Source of the DNA: a virus
Taxonomy: Duplodnaviria; Heunggongvirae; Uroviricota; Caudoviricetes
Virus record (IMG/VR): IMGVR_UViG_2627853701_000009
Length of the DNA: 64,000 nucleotides
Direction: 5' to 3' (one strand)
Below, in pieces: positions 43,659 through 53,438 of the stretch (its first letter is position 1; each line of letters starts with the position of its first letter). Under the pieces are notes generated by a model. That model had not been told where the DNA came from. It saw only the letters and a list, made by a program, of their open reading frames with translations, and ran no database searches. Both the position numbers and the translations under genes were made by a program.

Positions 43659-43811
43659 CTCTCTTTCACCCCACCAGTCCCGATAACGTCAGGACTCGCC
43701 AGGCGGTGGAAAAGAAAATGGCAACCAGCATGACTAAAAATGAAATGCCGACAAGTACACAGAGGCTCTTCACCAGCGTTATGAGTTTATCTGATATCAT
43801 TAGCCACCCCA

Positions 43812-44381
43812 TCAATCCGCCTTTGTTATTTTCCCTTTGCCTGTATCAGCCAGGACAAAATCAATCAGCATATTCGCTTCATTTACCAGCGTACGGATTT
43901 TTGATACATGCGCGGCTTTAACCTGTTTCCACTCATTCAGCCCGGTAGCAAACACACTGGCAATGTTTTTATCCCGTTTCATGTCAGCACAAGCCTGGTT
44001 GAGTTCTTCCATCACGCTCATTTTACGGGGATTAACGACAAAACCCTTCGTCCAGTACTCGTAAAGAACATCGTCGCACTCTTCCTGATACCGGATGACC
44101 TTATCGCGGATTTCGGGTTTTACTTTGTTGGGATTAATGGTTTGTAGCCAGCCGGCAAGTTTTCGAAGTGGCATGGACACCATATTGCGTTGTTTCCCAT
44201 CCTCAGCAACCATAACGATTTCCGTTATAGTTGACGCAAAACGCTGTCTTAACTTAGCCAACTGTGATTGCCAGGCCAGCCCCATCCCCGCAACGACAGG
44301 TTTCATGGGAACGTATGGTTCGCCATTATGGTTAACTACATAAAGAGAGTTGCCGTGAAACGGCACGGCCATCATATTCAT
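43812..44381 (-). CDS. Antirepressor-like protein (P22 AR N-terminal-type domain) inserted between R and Rz
   Basis: 189 aa, FHGNSLYVVNHNGEPYVPMKPVVAGMGLAWQSQ motif; location typical of 933W-like phages. Confidence 0.6.
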   Translation of the reverse strand: MNMMAVPFHGNSLYVVNHNGEPYVPMKPVVAGMGLAWQSQLAKLRQRFASTITEIVMVAEDGKQRNMVSMPLRKLAGWLQTINPNKVKPEIRDKVIRYQEECDDVLYEYWTKGFVVNPRKMSVMEELNQACADMKRDKNIASVFATGLNEWKQVKAAHVSKIRTLVNEANMLIDFVLADTGKGKITKAD

Positions 44382-44651
44382 CGGTTATTTCCTTTTAGTG
44401 ATGAACCTTGTCTCACAGGAATCCAGCCCACAGAAAGGCACCGACAGCCAAACCGGTATCCTCAAGGGTCATCCTGAAAGGTTCTGTGTTGTGAGATGCG
44501 CGTGAGATGCGCAGAAATGACAAAGGCATCATTACGGTGCCTGAGTGTTAAACAACTGTTTTGACTTTATTCACTTACATTTTGCCAATTTGCAGGATTT
44601 CGTGTTATCCGTCCATGTAAGCAAACCTCATTTTTCAGCAAAATATTCTGC

Positions 44652-45184
44652 TTATCTGTCGATTCCCCAGCACGCCAGCGCGCTCTCCTGGTCACGACGG
44701 GATACCTGACCGTAACAGTTATTTGAGCGAATACGGCAGTCCCTGCCACCGTCCTTAATCCACCAGCGAATCGCTTCGCAGGCACCTTTTCGATCTCCTG
44801 CATTAATCCGTCTGTAAAACGTCGACGGGAAACACTTACCGGGGCCAATGTTGTACGGACAGAATGACGCGATCCCCGCTTTCTGGGGTTCGGTCAGCGG
44901 CACTCTGATGTTTTTCTCCACCCATGCCAGCGCCTTATCACGCTCAATGGCGTTAACCCGGTCGCATTTTTCCTTCGACAGCTTCATGCCAGGAATAACA
45001 GGCTTACCATCCCCCGGGTGGCTCCACGGCAGATGGTCCAGATACCCGCACCATCACGGTATGCTGTGGTGTGGTTACCTTCCTTTTCATCCAGAAACTG
45101 GTCGAGGATTTCAGGCGCAGACGCCCCTGCACCAATCAGCGCCAGAACGGCAGCCGACAGGCCGTATCTGATTTTTGCGTTCAT
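44652..45184 (-). pseudogene. R: SAR-type endolysin R (T4-lysozyme family) with a 1-nt frameshift near codon 57
   Basis: Two adjacent ORFs (44984-45184 and 44652-44987) in different frames; N-terminal signal-anchor YGLSAAVLALIGAGASA; frame breaks after RGATR. Confidence 0.75.
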
Positions 45185-45234
45185 GGATATTTATCAGGGT
45201 TTATCGATTTCAAATCCCTGGATATGTTAAGTCT

Positions 45235-45582
45235 TCAGGCCAGCGGTGGAGTCTTCAGAGAACCCGTAATTATTCCCGGTAGTTTTCCTCTGTAGGTTAT
45301 CAACACATCCTGCGCCTCTAAAATTACGGGACGCTTTTCCGGTAACGGACCATCCCCTTCACATAACCCGGCAGCAACATCCATGAAAAACTGCTTCGCC
45401 TGCTTTTTCGCCTCAGCTTCGTAAAACTCCAGCGTGGCACCTTCAGTACGGTCAAGACTAATCGCCACATCTGGCAACAACAGTGACGGATACCCACCAA
45501 TTTCCGGTGCCACAGTAACAGTAATCTTATCCGGGTAATTATTTATCCCTTTAACAACCAGTTCGTATTTTTTCTTCATCAC
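45235..45582 (-). CDS. Hypothetical protein between holin and endolysin
   Basis: 115-aa ORF with tight spacing to S stop; no homolog recalled. Confidence 0.45.
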   Translation of the reverse strand: MMKKKYELVVKGINNYPDKITVTVAPEIGGYPSLLLPDVAISLDRTEGATLEFYEAEAKKQAKQFFMDVAAGLCEGDGPLPEKRPVILEAQDVLITYRGKLPGIITGSLKTPPLA

Positions 45583-45583
45583 T

Positions 45584-45799
45584 TTACTCTCCCCGCGCCG
45601 CCTTACGCCGGTCTTCTTTAATCTTGAAATACAGGTTCGTCAGATATGTCAGCAGCCCAAACAGCAGACTCCCCAGCACGCCTATCGCCACCCACTGGGA
45701 CGGAGAGACTTTGTCCAGCAGCTGCAGTAACCAGTATCCCGTCCCCACCGCTGACGTGGTGTATGACACACCCGTTGTGATTTTTTCCATCTGGTACAT
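45584..45799 (-). CDS. S: Phage 21-type pinholin S (dual-start motif MYQMEKI)
   Basis: [72 protein letters not shown]21-like. Confidence 0.85.
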   Translation of the reverse strand: MYQMEKITTGVSYTTSAVGTGYWLLQLLDKVSPSQWVAIGVLGSLLFGLLTYLTNLYFKIKEDRRKAARGE

Positions 45800-45947
45800 A
45801 CCCCGTCTCCCGTTATCCGGAAGCTGACAACAATAAAAAAGCCACCAGTTAACTACTGATGGCTCTGATAACTCATGCAGCGTCTCAGACGACCCACTGA
45901 CACTACCGGTGAGTTTAACGATACCTTCCATTTGACTGGCTCACTTT

Positions 45948-46767
45948 TTATGATGATGCCGGTGCATTTATCTCCAGCACCAGACTTTCTATCTCAACGC
46001 CATACGCTGCATTTTTTGTAACATCCGTCAGCGTCAGCGCATTCAGTCCCAGTGTCAGACTGTCTTTTATAACCTGGAATGCCGGGCCAGCCACTCCATT
46101 CAGTTTCGGAGTAACCGTGGCACTGCCGGCGGTGAACACCAGCTCCAGCGTCTGCCAGTCGTTACCGTAATCGCCGAACTCCCCCAGCTTCGTGTTTCCG
46201 GCTTTCCTGTGATGCATCAGATTCACTCTGCCGTCAGTGGTCTGAGTGAAGTACGACATCAGGAACGGATTACCGGTACCCGTCATCGCCACACCATCAG
46301 GAACGGGAGCATCCGTATACAGATAAATCCCCAGCCCGAACTGATTGTTGGTCAGTGCGCCTGACAGGCGGAACTTACAGTTCAGTCTGCCGCCCTGTGT
46401 CAGCAGGGTAATTGCGTCATCCACCGGATGCGTCAGGGACCAGGTTTTATTGCTCTGCCTGGTGATCTTAAATACACCATCTGACAACTGAATTCCGCCA
46501 TCCTTAATGCTCCAGCCCTGCGCAGCAGCCTCTCCGGCTGCCGGCAGCAGGGAGATTGTGCGAACGGACGTATCTGCAGACGGACCCGATGGCGTGTTGC
46601 CGCCGGGCGAGGGTTTGATTTCCGGTGCCTTACCACTGATGAAGCTGAGGTGCGCCCGGCTGCGTTCAGAATAGCGGTTGCCAGCCCTCTTTCAGTTTGT
46701 GTGTCAGCTTTTCCGCAAGGTCTGACGGCGACGCCGCCCTGACAACATCATAATGTTTAAATGTCAT
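45948..46767 (-). pseudogene. Frameshifted remnant: DUF1737-like N-terminus (MTFKHYDVVRAASPSDLAEKL...EGWQP, nanS-p-like start) joined out of frame to a 179-aa C-terminal ORF
   Basis: 33-codon ORF from ATG at 46767 ends at 46666; second frame open from 46691 to 45948 with no ATG; sits where stx/nanS-p lie in Stx phages. Confidence 0.45.
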
Positions 46768-47290
46768 TATTCCTCCCCTTTCCGGGATTTTCCTCAACAG
46801 TTGCGGGCCACGGTCCGGCCACAAGGAGAATCAAAAGAGGAGAACCGCAGCCCGCAAAACGAAAAAGGCCGCGCAGTTGCGCAGCCTTATAAACCCTGGT
46901 TAAAATCCACACGATAAAAATGACAATGCAAGTATCTCATGCTGTTGCCCGAACCCACTCGGGCTTTTTTTTGCATGTAAAAAGGCTCCTGCGATGAGAA
47001 GCCTGGATATATGCCTAATCTCTGTATACAGCATGATGCCGGGTGCCTCCCGGTGAATTCTGCAATGACCAGACAGAATCCGCAACTTGCCTATACAATA
47101 CGCAACCAAACATCTGTCATTATGCCCCGCCGCTCAGGGGGATTCATCATGCAGGATTTTTTTAACAAACGCTCAGCATGTCAGGCAACAGTCAACTGCC
47201 TGAATTGTGAGGCATTTAACATTTCACTGTCCGGTGTCTTTCCTGTAATAAAAAGCCCGCAAAAGAGAGTCAGGGCAGATAAGTGTGGTG

Positions 47291-47367
47291 TGGTGCGTTG
47301 TACTGGATTCGAACCAGTGACCGATTGCTTAGAAGGCAATTGCTCTGTCCGGCTGAGCTAACAACGC
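47291..47367 (-). tRNA. tRNA-Arg (anticodon UCU)
   Basis: Hand-folded cloverleaf: acceptor GCGTTGT/ACAACGC, D-stem GCTC/GAGC, anticodon loop CTTCTAA, T-loop TTCGAAT, encoded CCA. Confidence 0.85.
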
Positions 47368-47380
47368 AGAATACCGATAA

Positions 47381-47446
47381 TGGACCGCCACCGGGGACTC
47401 CGAATCTCGCACAGGGTGACGTTCTTTCCTGATGAGCTAGTGGCGG
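47381..47446 (-). pseudogene. Degenerate tRNA-like sequence (acceptor and D-arm recognisable, anticodon and T arms not foldable by eye)
   Basis: CCGCCAC/GTGGCGG acceptor pairing with CCA and TAGCTC D-arm start, but about 12 nt shorter than a tRNA. Confidence 0.4.
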
Positions 47447-47447
47447 T

Positions 47448-47523
47448 TGGTGGCCCTTGCTGGATTTGAACCAGCGACCTGGCGATTATGAGTCGCTCGC
47501 TCTCACCGCTGAGCTAAAGGGCC
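47448..47523 (-). tRNA. tRNA with CAU anticodon, most similar to E. coli tRNA-Ile2 (ileX type); tRNA-Met not excluded
   Basis: GGCCCTT acceptor, anticodon loop CTCATAA, T-loop TTCAAAT, CCA; close to ileX from memory. Confidence 0.8.
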
Positions 47524-47563
47524 GATTGCTGAATAATAACGACGCATGATTAACTCCGCAATC

Positions 47564-48622
47564 TCATCCGTTACGAATGATTAAATCCTGTACTTCCCGC
47601 ACCGTCTGCTCAAAACGTTCAGTCTCCAGTTCAACGCCAGTTGCACGACGTCCCAGCGCCATCGCTGCTTTCACTGTCGACCCCGACCCCATGAAGAAAT
47701 CTGCAACCAGGTCTCCCGGACGACTGCTTGCGCTGATTATCTGCTGCAACATTTCTGCCGGTTTTTCGCACGGATGTTTCCCTGGATAGTACTGCACCGG
47801 TTTATACGTCCACACATCGGTGTACGGCACCTGCACCGTCACACCGAAATACCGCCGCAGATGCTTATATTCACTCTGCAGCTCCGCATACTGTCGGTTC
47901 AGAGAGGCATACGTATCCACCAGCTGGTGGTGGGGCTTTTCCAGTTCACCCCGCTGATGCTTCTCTTCTGCCACCCGGGCAAACAGTGCCTGTAATTTCA
48001 GATAATCGCTTTCGTTCGGCAGCTGCCACTGACCGGCACTGAACCAGTGCGACACCATGTTTTTCTTTCCTGTGGCATCTGCAATCTGTTTTGCCGTTAT
48101 CCCCAGGACAGCGCGCGCATCACGAAAGTAAGCAATCAGCGGGGCCATCACATGCTGTTTCAGTGTCCTACCCTTCGCCTCATACCCGGCATCTTTCGGA
48201 CGATACGGCCCCTGATAATGCTCTGCGAACAGAATGCGCTCTGTGGCGGGGAAATACGCCCGCAGGCTTTCCTTGTTGCACCCGTTCCAGCGTCCGGACG
48301 GCTTTGCCCAGATGATATGGTTCAGCACGTTAAACCGCTCACGCATCATGATTTCGGTGTCAGATGCCAGACGATGGCCACAGAACAGGTAAAGACTTCC
48401 GGCAGGTTTCAGCACCCGCCAGAACTGCGCAAGACACTGGTCCAGCCACTTCAGGTAATCTTCATCACCCGCCCACTGGTTATCCCAGCCCTCGGGTTTC
48501 ACTTTGAAGTACGGCGGGTCCGTGACTATCAGGTCAACAGAATTTTCGGGTAACGACCGCATAAATTCCAGGCAGTCGGCGTTGATTAACTCACAACTGG
48601 ATATTTTTACAGTATTAAGCAT
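47564..48622 (-). CDS. DNA methyltransferase (N6-adenine/N4-cytosine class, DPPY motif)
   Basis: 352 aa, LIVTDPPYF motif near N-terminus and C-terminal AdoMet-binding region FFMGSGST. Confidence 0.8.
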   Translation of the reverse strand: MLNTVKISSCELINADCLEFMRSLPENSVDLIVTDPPYFKVKPEGWDNQWAGDEDYLKWLDQCLAQFWRVLKPAGSLYLFCGHRLASDTEIMMRERFNVLNHIIWAKPSGRWNGCNKESLRAYFPATERILFAEHYQGPYRPKDAGYEAKGRTLKQHVMAPLIAYFRDARAVLGITAKQIADATGKKNMVSHWFSAGQWQLPNESDYLKLQALFARVAEEKHQRGELEKPHHQLVDTYASLNRQYAELQSEYKHLRRYFGVTVQVPYTDVWTYKPVQYYPGKHPCEKPAEMLQQIISASSRPGDLVADFFMGSGSTVKAAMALGRRATGVELETERFEQTVREVQDLIIRNG

Positions 48623-48772
48623 GGATCATTAAGCCTGTCTCTGATAGGCTCATTCTGCTTTTGCGCAAAGCAGTGGGCCTGAGGTTTGCTTGTGAACCCA
48701 ACGCATGAGCAGATGGCTGGTGGGTGCCCCTTACACCCACCAGCCGCCCATTTACCACAAATAAAAAAGCCT

Positions 48773-48970
48773 TCAGGACTGAAGGCGTCTGTAACAACCA
48801 AACTGATAGTCTGCCAGACCCGCCATAACCAGCTGGGTCAGTATTAACTGGCAGCGTTCGCGTGAAAGGTAAGTATTCTGCGCAATCTCCCCGACTGTCG
48901 CCGGGTCGGTAACGCTTAATTCATTAAACACCACTCTGGCGGTTTCTGTCATATCCTGCTGTTTCAGCAT
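48773..48970 (-). CDS. Small hypothetical protein (65 aa from MLKQQDMTETARV...)
   Basis: ORF downstream of candidate tR'; start chosen at first ATG after overlap. Confidence 0.4.
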   Translation of the reverse strand: MLKQQDMTETARVVFNELSVTDPATVGEIAQNTYLSRERCQLILTQLVMAGLADYQFGCYRRLQS

Positions 48971-49093
48971 GTCTTTTTCCCTTTTCCGGTTAACGTGACA
49001 CACCAATAACTCTTGTCGAAAAAGCCAGCAACCTGAAAGAACGGTATTAATAACCACCAGCGAATTTATTGCGCTGCTGTATATTACGGACAC

Positions 49094-49114
49094 AAAAAAA
49101 CCACCTTCCGGTGG
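49094..49114 (-). terminator. Candidate late-operon terminator tR' about 100 nt downstream of Q
   Basis: Minus-strand hairpin CCACC-GGAA-GGTGG followed by T7. Confidence 0.5.
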
Positions 49115-49211
49115 CTTCCTTGTGCGAAAAAACTTGCATTTCGCCTCGCGATACAGCTTTGCGAAGCTTACAGGAATTCAAGCTGTTTCTGCGTAAAAAA
49201 GCAAGCTTTTT

Positions 49212-49754
49212 TTATCGAAATGAATCGTGCATAGGTACATAAAGCATGTGTTCAGCCACGGCTAACCAACCTGCAATACGTTTCTCACATGTGCTGAAAC
49301 ACCATTCCGGGTGAGTACGATTTAAACATTCTGCCATTTTTCTCTTACTCATTCCCCGTCCTTCGTACCTTTGCCGGAGAATATTGATTAGCCCGGGATA
49401 TTCCCCAAGCACCTCACTGATAACGCGATCAATAATCAACGCCTCTGTGTCTGTACAATGTGACAACCAGCTCTTCTGCTTCCCTCTGGTCATATCCCGA
49501 AAAAATGCCTCAAGTTCCGGTTTTTCCAGCCCGGATTTCTTCATGCTGCGTAAAACCTCATTAACTGCTGTTTTCGTCAGCTTTTTCGAAACCAGTAACC
49601 GGTTAAACATATTTCCGGATTTACCCCCACCGATATACGACCACCGCCCCCACATCCGTAATTTCCCCTGGATCCAGACTGCTTCCAGCGTGTTCAGGCG
49701 TAAATGTTCGCCGCTTTTGCCTGTAATTTCCGGATATATCATATTTACGCTCAC
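49212..49754 (-). CDS. Q: Late-gene antiterminator Q-like protein
   Basis: 180 aa with Cys/His cluster, immediately downstream of rusA and upstream of the late region. Confidence 0.55.
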   Translation of the reverse strand: MSVNMIYPEITGKSGEHLRLNTLEAVWIQGKLRMWGRWSYIGGGKSGNMFNRLLVSKKLTKTAVNEVLRSMKKSGLEKPELEAFFRDMTRGKQKSWLSHCTDTEALIIDRVISEVLGEYPGLINILRQRYEGRGMSKRKMAECLNRTHPEWCFSTCEKRIAGWLAVAEHMLYVPMHDSFR

Positions 49755-50110
49755 TCACTCTCAATTTTGTAAATCTTCACACCCAGCCGTCCACCAGATA
49801 CTGGCTGACCACGTACAATATTGATTTCATCAAACTGCTCATCGTCCATTAACACTCCCGCATGCGTCAGCGCATCCAGCGGTGCTTTCAGAATATTGTC
49901 CAGGTCACGACGACGCTTATCCGGTGGCTCTGCAATAATTTTTATTGCCAGCCGTCCGGACAGGCTTAATTTCAGTCGCTGCTGGCGAACAATAAGCACC
50001 ACTGCCCGGCGATAACGCTCCCCGGCTTTTGATACAAAATATGTGCTGCCACGGCGTCGCCAGTAAGTGTTCACCGTCGGCGGGTAAGGTAAAACCAAAT
50101 CTATGAGCAT
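49751..50110 (-). CDS. rusA: Holliday junction resolvase RusA
   Basis: 119 aa, PPTVNTYW and DKRRRDLDNILKAPLDALTHAGVLMDDEQ motifs. Confidence 0.85.
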   Translation of the reverse strand: MLIDLVLPYPPTVNTYWRRRGSTYFVSKAGERYRRAVVLIVRQQRLKLSLSGRLAIKIIAEPPDKRRRDLDNILKAPLDALTHAGVLMDDEQFDEINIVRGQPVSGGRLGVKIYKIESE

Positions 50111-50122
50111 CAGTCACCTCTT

Positions 50123-51169
50123 TTACCCGAGCACGCCAGTCGCAAAGGCGTGATCAAGAAAACGAAAAATTAAATCAACCTGGGAACCATGCTTTTCTTC
50201 GAACGCCAGCGGATCCGCATGAAGCTCGTTGTGATGCTCCCGACACAGCGGTAGCGTGAAAATATCGTGGGATTTTGTTCCCATTCCGCCCTGACCATGA
50301 CCAATCAGATGATGAGGATCGTCCGCTGGCTTACCACAACACGCACACGGCTGTGTCTTTACCCAGCGTGTGTATTTCTCATTTACCCAGCGGCGACGTT
50401 TAGGTCGTTTCATGAAGGATTCCGGAGACTCCGGATCAACGGCAATGCTGACCACCGTCTTTTCCTGTGGTGGGTTTTGCTGGTGGGCGTGAGGCAGCGG
50501 CGCAAGATTTTTTGTGCGCTGCTTCAGTATGATGGTGGCGGTCTGCTCTCCCGGTACGATGTCGCTTTCACGGTACATTGAGCGGATTTTTTCCGCACGC
50601 AACCCCAGCGAACGACGTAATACCGCTTCCGGTAGCGCGTCCGCCACCTGATTGCGGACCGCCCACCAGGATAATTCAGCCAGAGATAATTCACGCTCCT
50701 GCGTACCGCTTATTGCGTGACCGATGACGTCAATCATCCATGCTGACAGGTTTTGATGAGCAAGTTGCTCGAGTGATTCGGATGTCTGGTCACGCAGCTG
50801 GTTGTCGCAGTGCCAGCACAACACCATTGCGCCGGTACCATAACGGTGAATAACGGTTTCACTGTGATGATAGTCACCATGAGGCCACTGGCAGGATTTG
50901 ACATGACGCAACAGCCAGTCAGACAGTGCACCAGCGCCACCAACAGCACGAATCACACGCTCATTGCTGAAAAACGGCAGTAATGATTTATCCTCCGCCA
51001 GCGGCTGGCGAACGGCAGGGACGATGCCGGACGGCAGACCGCGCATGCTTTTCGGCTCCGGCTCCACAAGCACTCGAGGGTTATGGAATACCTGCATGGA
51101 TTCACGGCCTGGTTTAAGGACCACCACCCCAAGTTCCGGTACCGGAACAGGTCGAAGTAATACCCGCAC
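50123..51169 (-). CDS. DUF968/YdfU-like prophage protein with C-terminal HNH-like Cys/His motif
   Basis: 348 aa; CACCGKPADDPHHLIGHGQGG...CREHHNELH; same size and position as Qin YdfU. Confidence 0.6.
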   Translation of the reverse strand: MRVLLRPVPVPELGVVVLKPGRESMQVFHNPRVLVEPEPKSMRGLPSGIVPAVRQPLAEDKSLLPFFSNERVIRAVGGAGALSDWLLRHVKSCQWPHGDYHHSETVIHRYGTGAMVLCWHCDNQLRDQTSESLEQLAHQNLSAWMIDVIGHAISGTQERELSLAELSWWAVRNQVADALPEAVLRRSLGLRAEKIRSMYRESDIVPGEQTATIILKQRTKNLAPLPHAHQQNPPQEKTVVSIAVDPESPESFMKRPKRRRWVNEKYTRWVKTQPCACCGKPADDPHHLIGHGQGGMGTKSHDIFTLPLCREHHNELHADPLAFEEKHGSQVDLIFRFLDHAFATGVLG

Positions 51170-51170
51170 G

Positions 51171-51449
51171 TTACCTCCAGATGCGTTGCTGGAATGTGCG
51201 GGACGGACGCGGTGGGCGCTCGGAGTACGGCAGCCTGACGTAGATTATCCAGTGACGATAATCGAGGCTGAGGGCTTTCCTAAACTCATACCCACGTCTG
51301 CGGTAGTTCTGAATCAGCCATTCGGCCTGTTCTTCAGTGCATGGGGCGTGCCGGAACCAGTCAGATTTGAATGCATGAGAACGCCGCCCGTGCCTGCTGG
51401 CAAAGACGGCTGAATTATCAGAATTGTGTAGTCTGGAATTTTGCGCCAT
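51171..51449 (-). CDS. Hypothetical protein (92 aa)
   Basis: ORF start abuts DUF968 gene; no homolog recalled. Confidence 0.4.
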   Translation of the reverse strand: MAQNSRLHNSDNSAVFASRHGRRSHAFKSDWFRHAPCTEEQAEWLIQNYRRRGYEFRKALSLDYRHWIIYVRLPYSERPPRPSRTFQQRIWR

Positions 51450-51518
51450 CGGCTTTCTCCGGTGGCACAGTGTTACTCAACAGGGGTTCAGCCCTGCGCT
51501 GAATTGTAGATGAATTCA

Positions 51519-51779
51519 CTAATCTTCAAAAGCAGAAAAACCAGCCTTAATCCCAGCTTCTTTCAGAGACGGCAACGATGTGACAAATTCATTTGCACGC
51601 AAAATAAAACCATCCGTCACAAGCCCATCCACAAAATGAATTAACGCAGCTCCACTCTTCCTTTGTTGAGACTGTAAACATTTAATACGGCAGTGGCTGA
51701 CAATAGCGCCCTTCTCAACGCGCACAGTATAGAGGCCATCTTCACTAAAAATTTCACGTAATTCTTCGATTCTCATCAA
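51519..51779 (-). CDS. Small hypothetical protein at the position of Qin rem
   Basis: 86 aa; position between hok and ydfU-like. Confidence 0.4.
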   Translation of the reverse strand: MMRIEELREIFSEDGLYTVRVEKGAIVSHCRIKCLQSQQRKSGAALIHFVDGLVTDGFILRANEFVTSLPSLKEAGIKAGFSAFED

Positions 51780-51996
51780 CAGAATCCTTCCAGATAAATA
51801 GCACTCCCCTGTTCGGGGTCCATCCCTCTTCTCCCTGCGCGCTACTTAAGTATTTTTGATTCTATTCCGGCGCCGTCCGGAACTTCAAACGCGTTGAAAA
51901 TAAAAACAAAAACCCGCCGAAGCGGGTTAAGTGCGGGTGCGTTGAGGATGCCTGACACATCAGAGGTGGCGAGGGATTTCTCCCCCGCCTGGTCTC

Positions 51997-52152
51997 TTAC
52001 TCCTCAGGTTCGTAAGCTGTGAAGACAGCGACCTCCGTCTGGCCGGTTCGGATTCGTACCTCGCAGAGGTCTTTCCTCGTTACCAGTGCCGTCACTATGA
52101 CGATTAAACAGATGACGATCAGGGCGATTAACATCGCCTTTTGCTGCTTCAT
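51997..52152 (-). CDS. hok: Hok-family type I toxin (51 aa); overlapping mok-like upstream frame extends to 52209
   Basis: MKQQKAMLIALIVICLIVIVTALVTRKDLCEVRIRTGQTEVAVFTAYEPEE, near-identical to HokD/RelF from memory; terminator hairpin about 51900-51931. Confidence 0.85.
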   Translation of the reverse strand: MKQQKAMLIALIVICLIVIVTALVTRKDLCEVRIRTGQTEVAVFTAYEPEE

Positions 52153-52487
52153 AGCCTGCTTCTCCTTGACCTTTCGGTCCGTAAGAGGCAATCTATATGT
52201 GACGAGCATATAGGGGCCTCACTTCGATTTATAGTCGGGTGGGGCTTTTATCTATCTGCCGTTGGTGTTCATGCCCGAGGCAGATAGCCTCAAGCACCCG
52301 CAGCAATCCTACTTAACTCTGCCGTTACAGCAAACCGTTTTCGCCCGATATGGGAATTCCCATATCGGAATGAATTCAGTTCACCTGGCGAGGCTTAGCG
52401 TACAATTTTTTCCGTTTTGTGAGCTGCCCCTACATGCCGCTGGCGCGGCATCCGGAAAAAGAATCCACGTCCTGAAGGACGAGGATG

Positions 52488-53246
52488 TCAAGTGCCTTTC
52501 CTGGTCCAGCCATATTTTTTGAATGCAGGCGCCGCTTCATCGGTTTGTAGCCATTCTGCAAATCGACGGGTTTCATCATTTGCATCCTGACGTACTGTAA
52601 TGTTCATATCACGCCATATCACGTAGTCTGGCGCTATTTCCACGACATCACCAATTTCTGGATTACTGGCTGCCCAGTCAGCCCAGGTTATCCAGACATC
52701 TGCTCCAGGCTGATTCTCAAGAGCCTTACGTGCAGTTCCGCTATTGGGCGCATATAAAATAATATTTTTTCGGATTGCGGCGACAGTTTCTATATTCCCT
52801 TTACGTCCGGCAATATCTTCCCAGACGCCAGTGCCTGATGTATTACTGGTACCACCACCATCATTAACAATTACGCCAATCCCAGGTCTGGTCAGGTCGT
52901 CAATACTCCGGATATTTTTAGGATTACCTTTCTTTACCAGTAAAATACTTTTTCGCAGATAAAGAGGCTGAATATCTTTTTCACTGAAGCTGTCTTTATG
53001 GTCCCGAATGATAGCCAGAGCAGATTGTTCTGATGCGCCAAACAAGATATCTGCATTTTTTTTGGCATCTTCATTCCATTTGTTCTGTGGGCCGTAATGA
53101 ACGTTCACTATAATACCTGTTTTTTCGGCATAAAGTTTGGCTGCATCAAGCAAGGCTGTATGCGGGCCACCAGGACCATACAGATTGATATCAGCATAAG
53201 CAGCAGAAGACAGGAATATTAAAAAACCTGCCATTATGTTCCTCAT
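52488..53246 (-). CDS. Periplasmic solute-binding protein, ModA-like (molybdate/tungstate/sulfate family), orphan
   Basis: Signal peptide MRNIMAGFLIFLSSAAYA; ADILFGASEQ and C-terminal AAPAFKKYGW resemble ModA; no permease or ATPase genes nearby. Confidence 0.6.
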   Translation of the reverse strand: MRNIMAGFLIFLSSAAYADINLYGPGGPHTALLDAAKLYAEKTGIIVNVHYGPQNKWNEDAKKNADILFGASEQSALAIIRDHKDSFSEKDIQPLYLRKSILLVKKGNPKNIRSIDDLTRPGIGVIVNDGGGTSNTSGTGVWEDIAGRKGNIETVAAIRKNIILYAPNSGTARKALENQPGADVWITWADWAASNPEIGDVVEIAPDYVIWRDMNITVRQDANDETRRFAEWLQTDEAAPAFKKYGWTRKGT

Positions 53247-53410
53247 AAAAAACTCCTTTTATTGGTTATCATGAAATAAAGTTATAAACACTACAAATAA
53301 TATATATTACATCCAGATAAACTTATCCGACTTTACCTCGTGCATAGCTTGTTATTTAAAGTCAACAAAATAAGGAAAATTATACGCATATTGAAGAGTA
53401 TAAACCTTAC

Positions 53411-53438
53411 ATGTTGATTACATTTTTGTAATCAACAT
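53411..53438. promoter_or_regulatory. Perfect 28-bp palindrome (11-bp arms, 6-bp AT spacer) upstream of the binding-protein gene
   Basis: ATGTTGATTAC-ATTTTT-GTAATCAACAT. Confidence 0.4.

Noticed and set aside
43706-43921. 71-aa plus-strand ORF between Rz and the antirepressor-like gene
   Set aside because: Overlaps the minus-strand antirepressor-like gene 3' end; no RBS; low complexity
46760-47290. Possible stxAB or other toxin genes between the tRNA cluster and the nanS-like remnant
   Set aside because: No ORF with a signal peptide or A/B subunit size; only short overlapping ORFs (46900-47109, 47011-47361) without ribosome-binding sites
52210-52487. relB/relE antitoxin-toxin genes expected upstream of hok by analogy with Qin
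   Set aside because: Only an 86-aa plus-strand ORF with no RelB/RelE-like sequence; the pair appears absent
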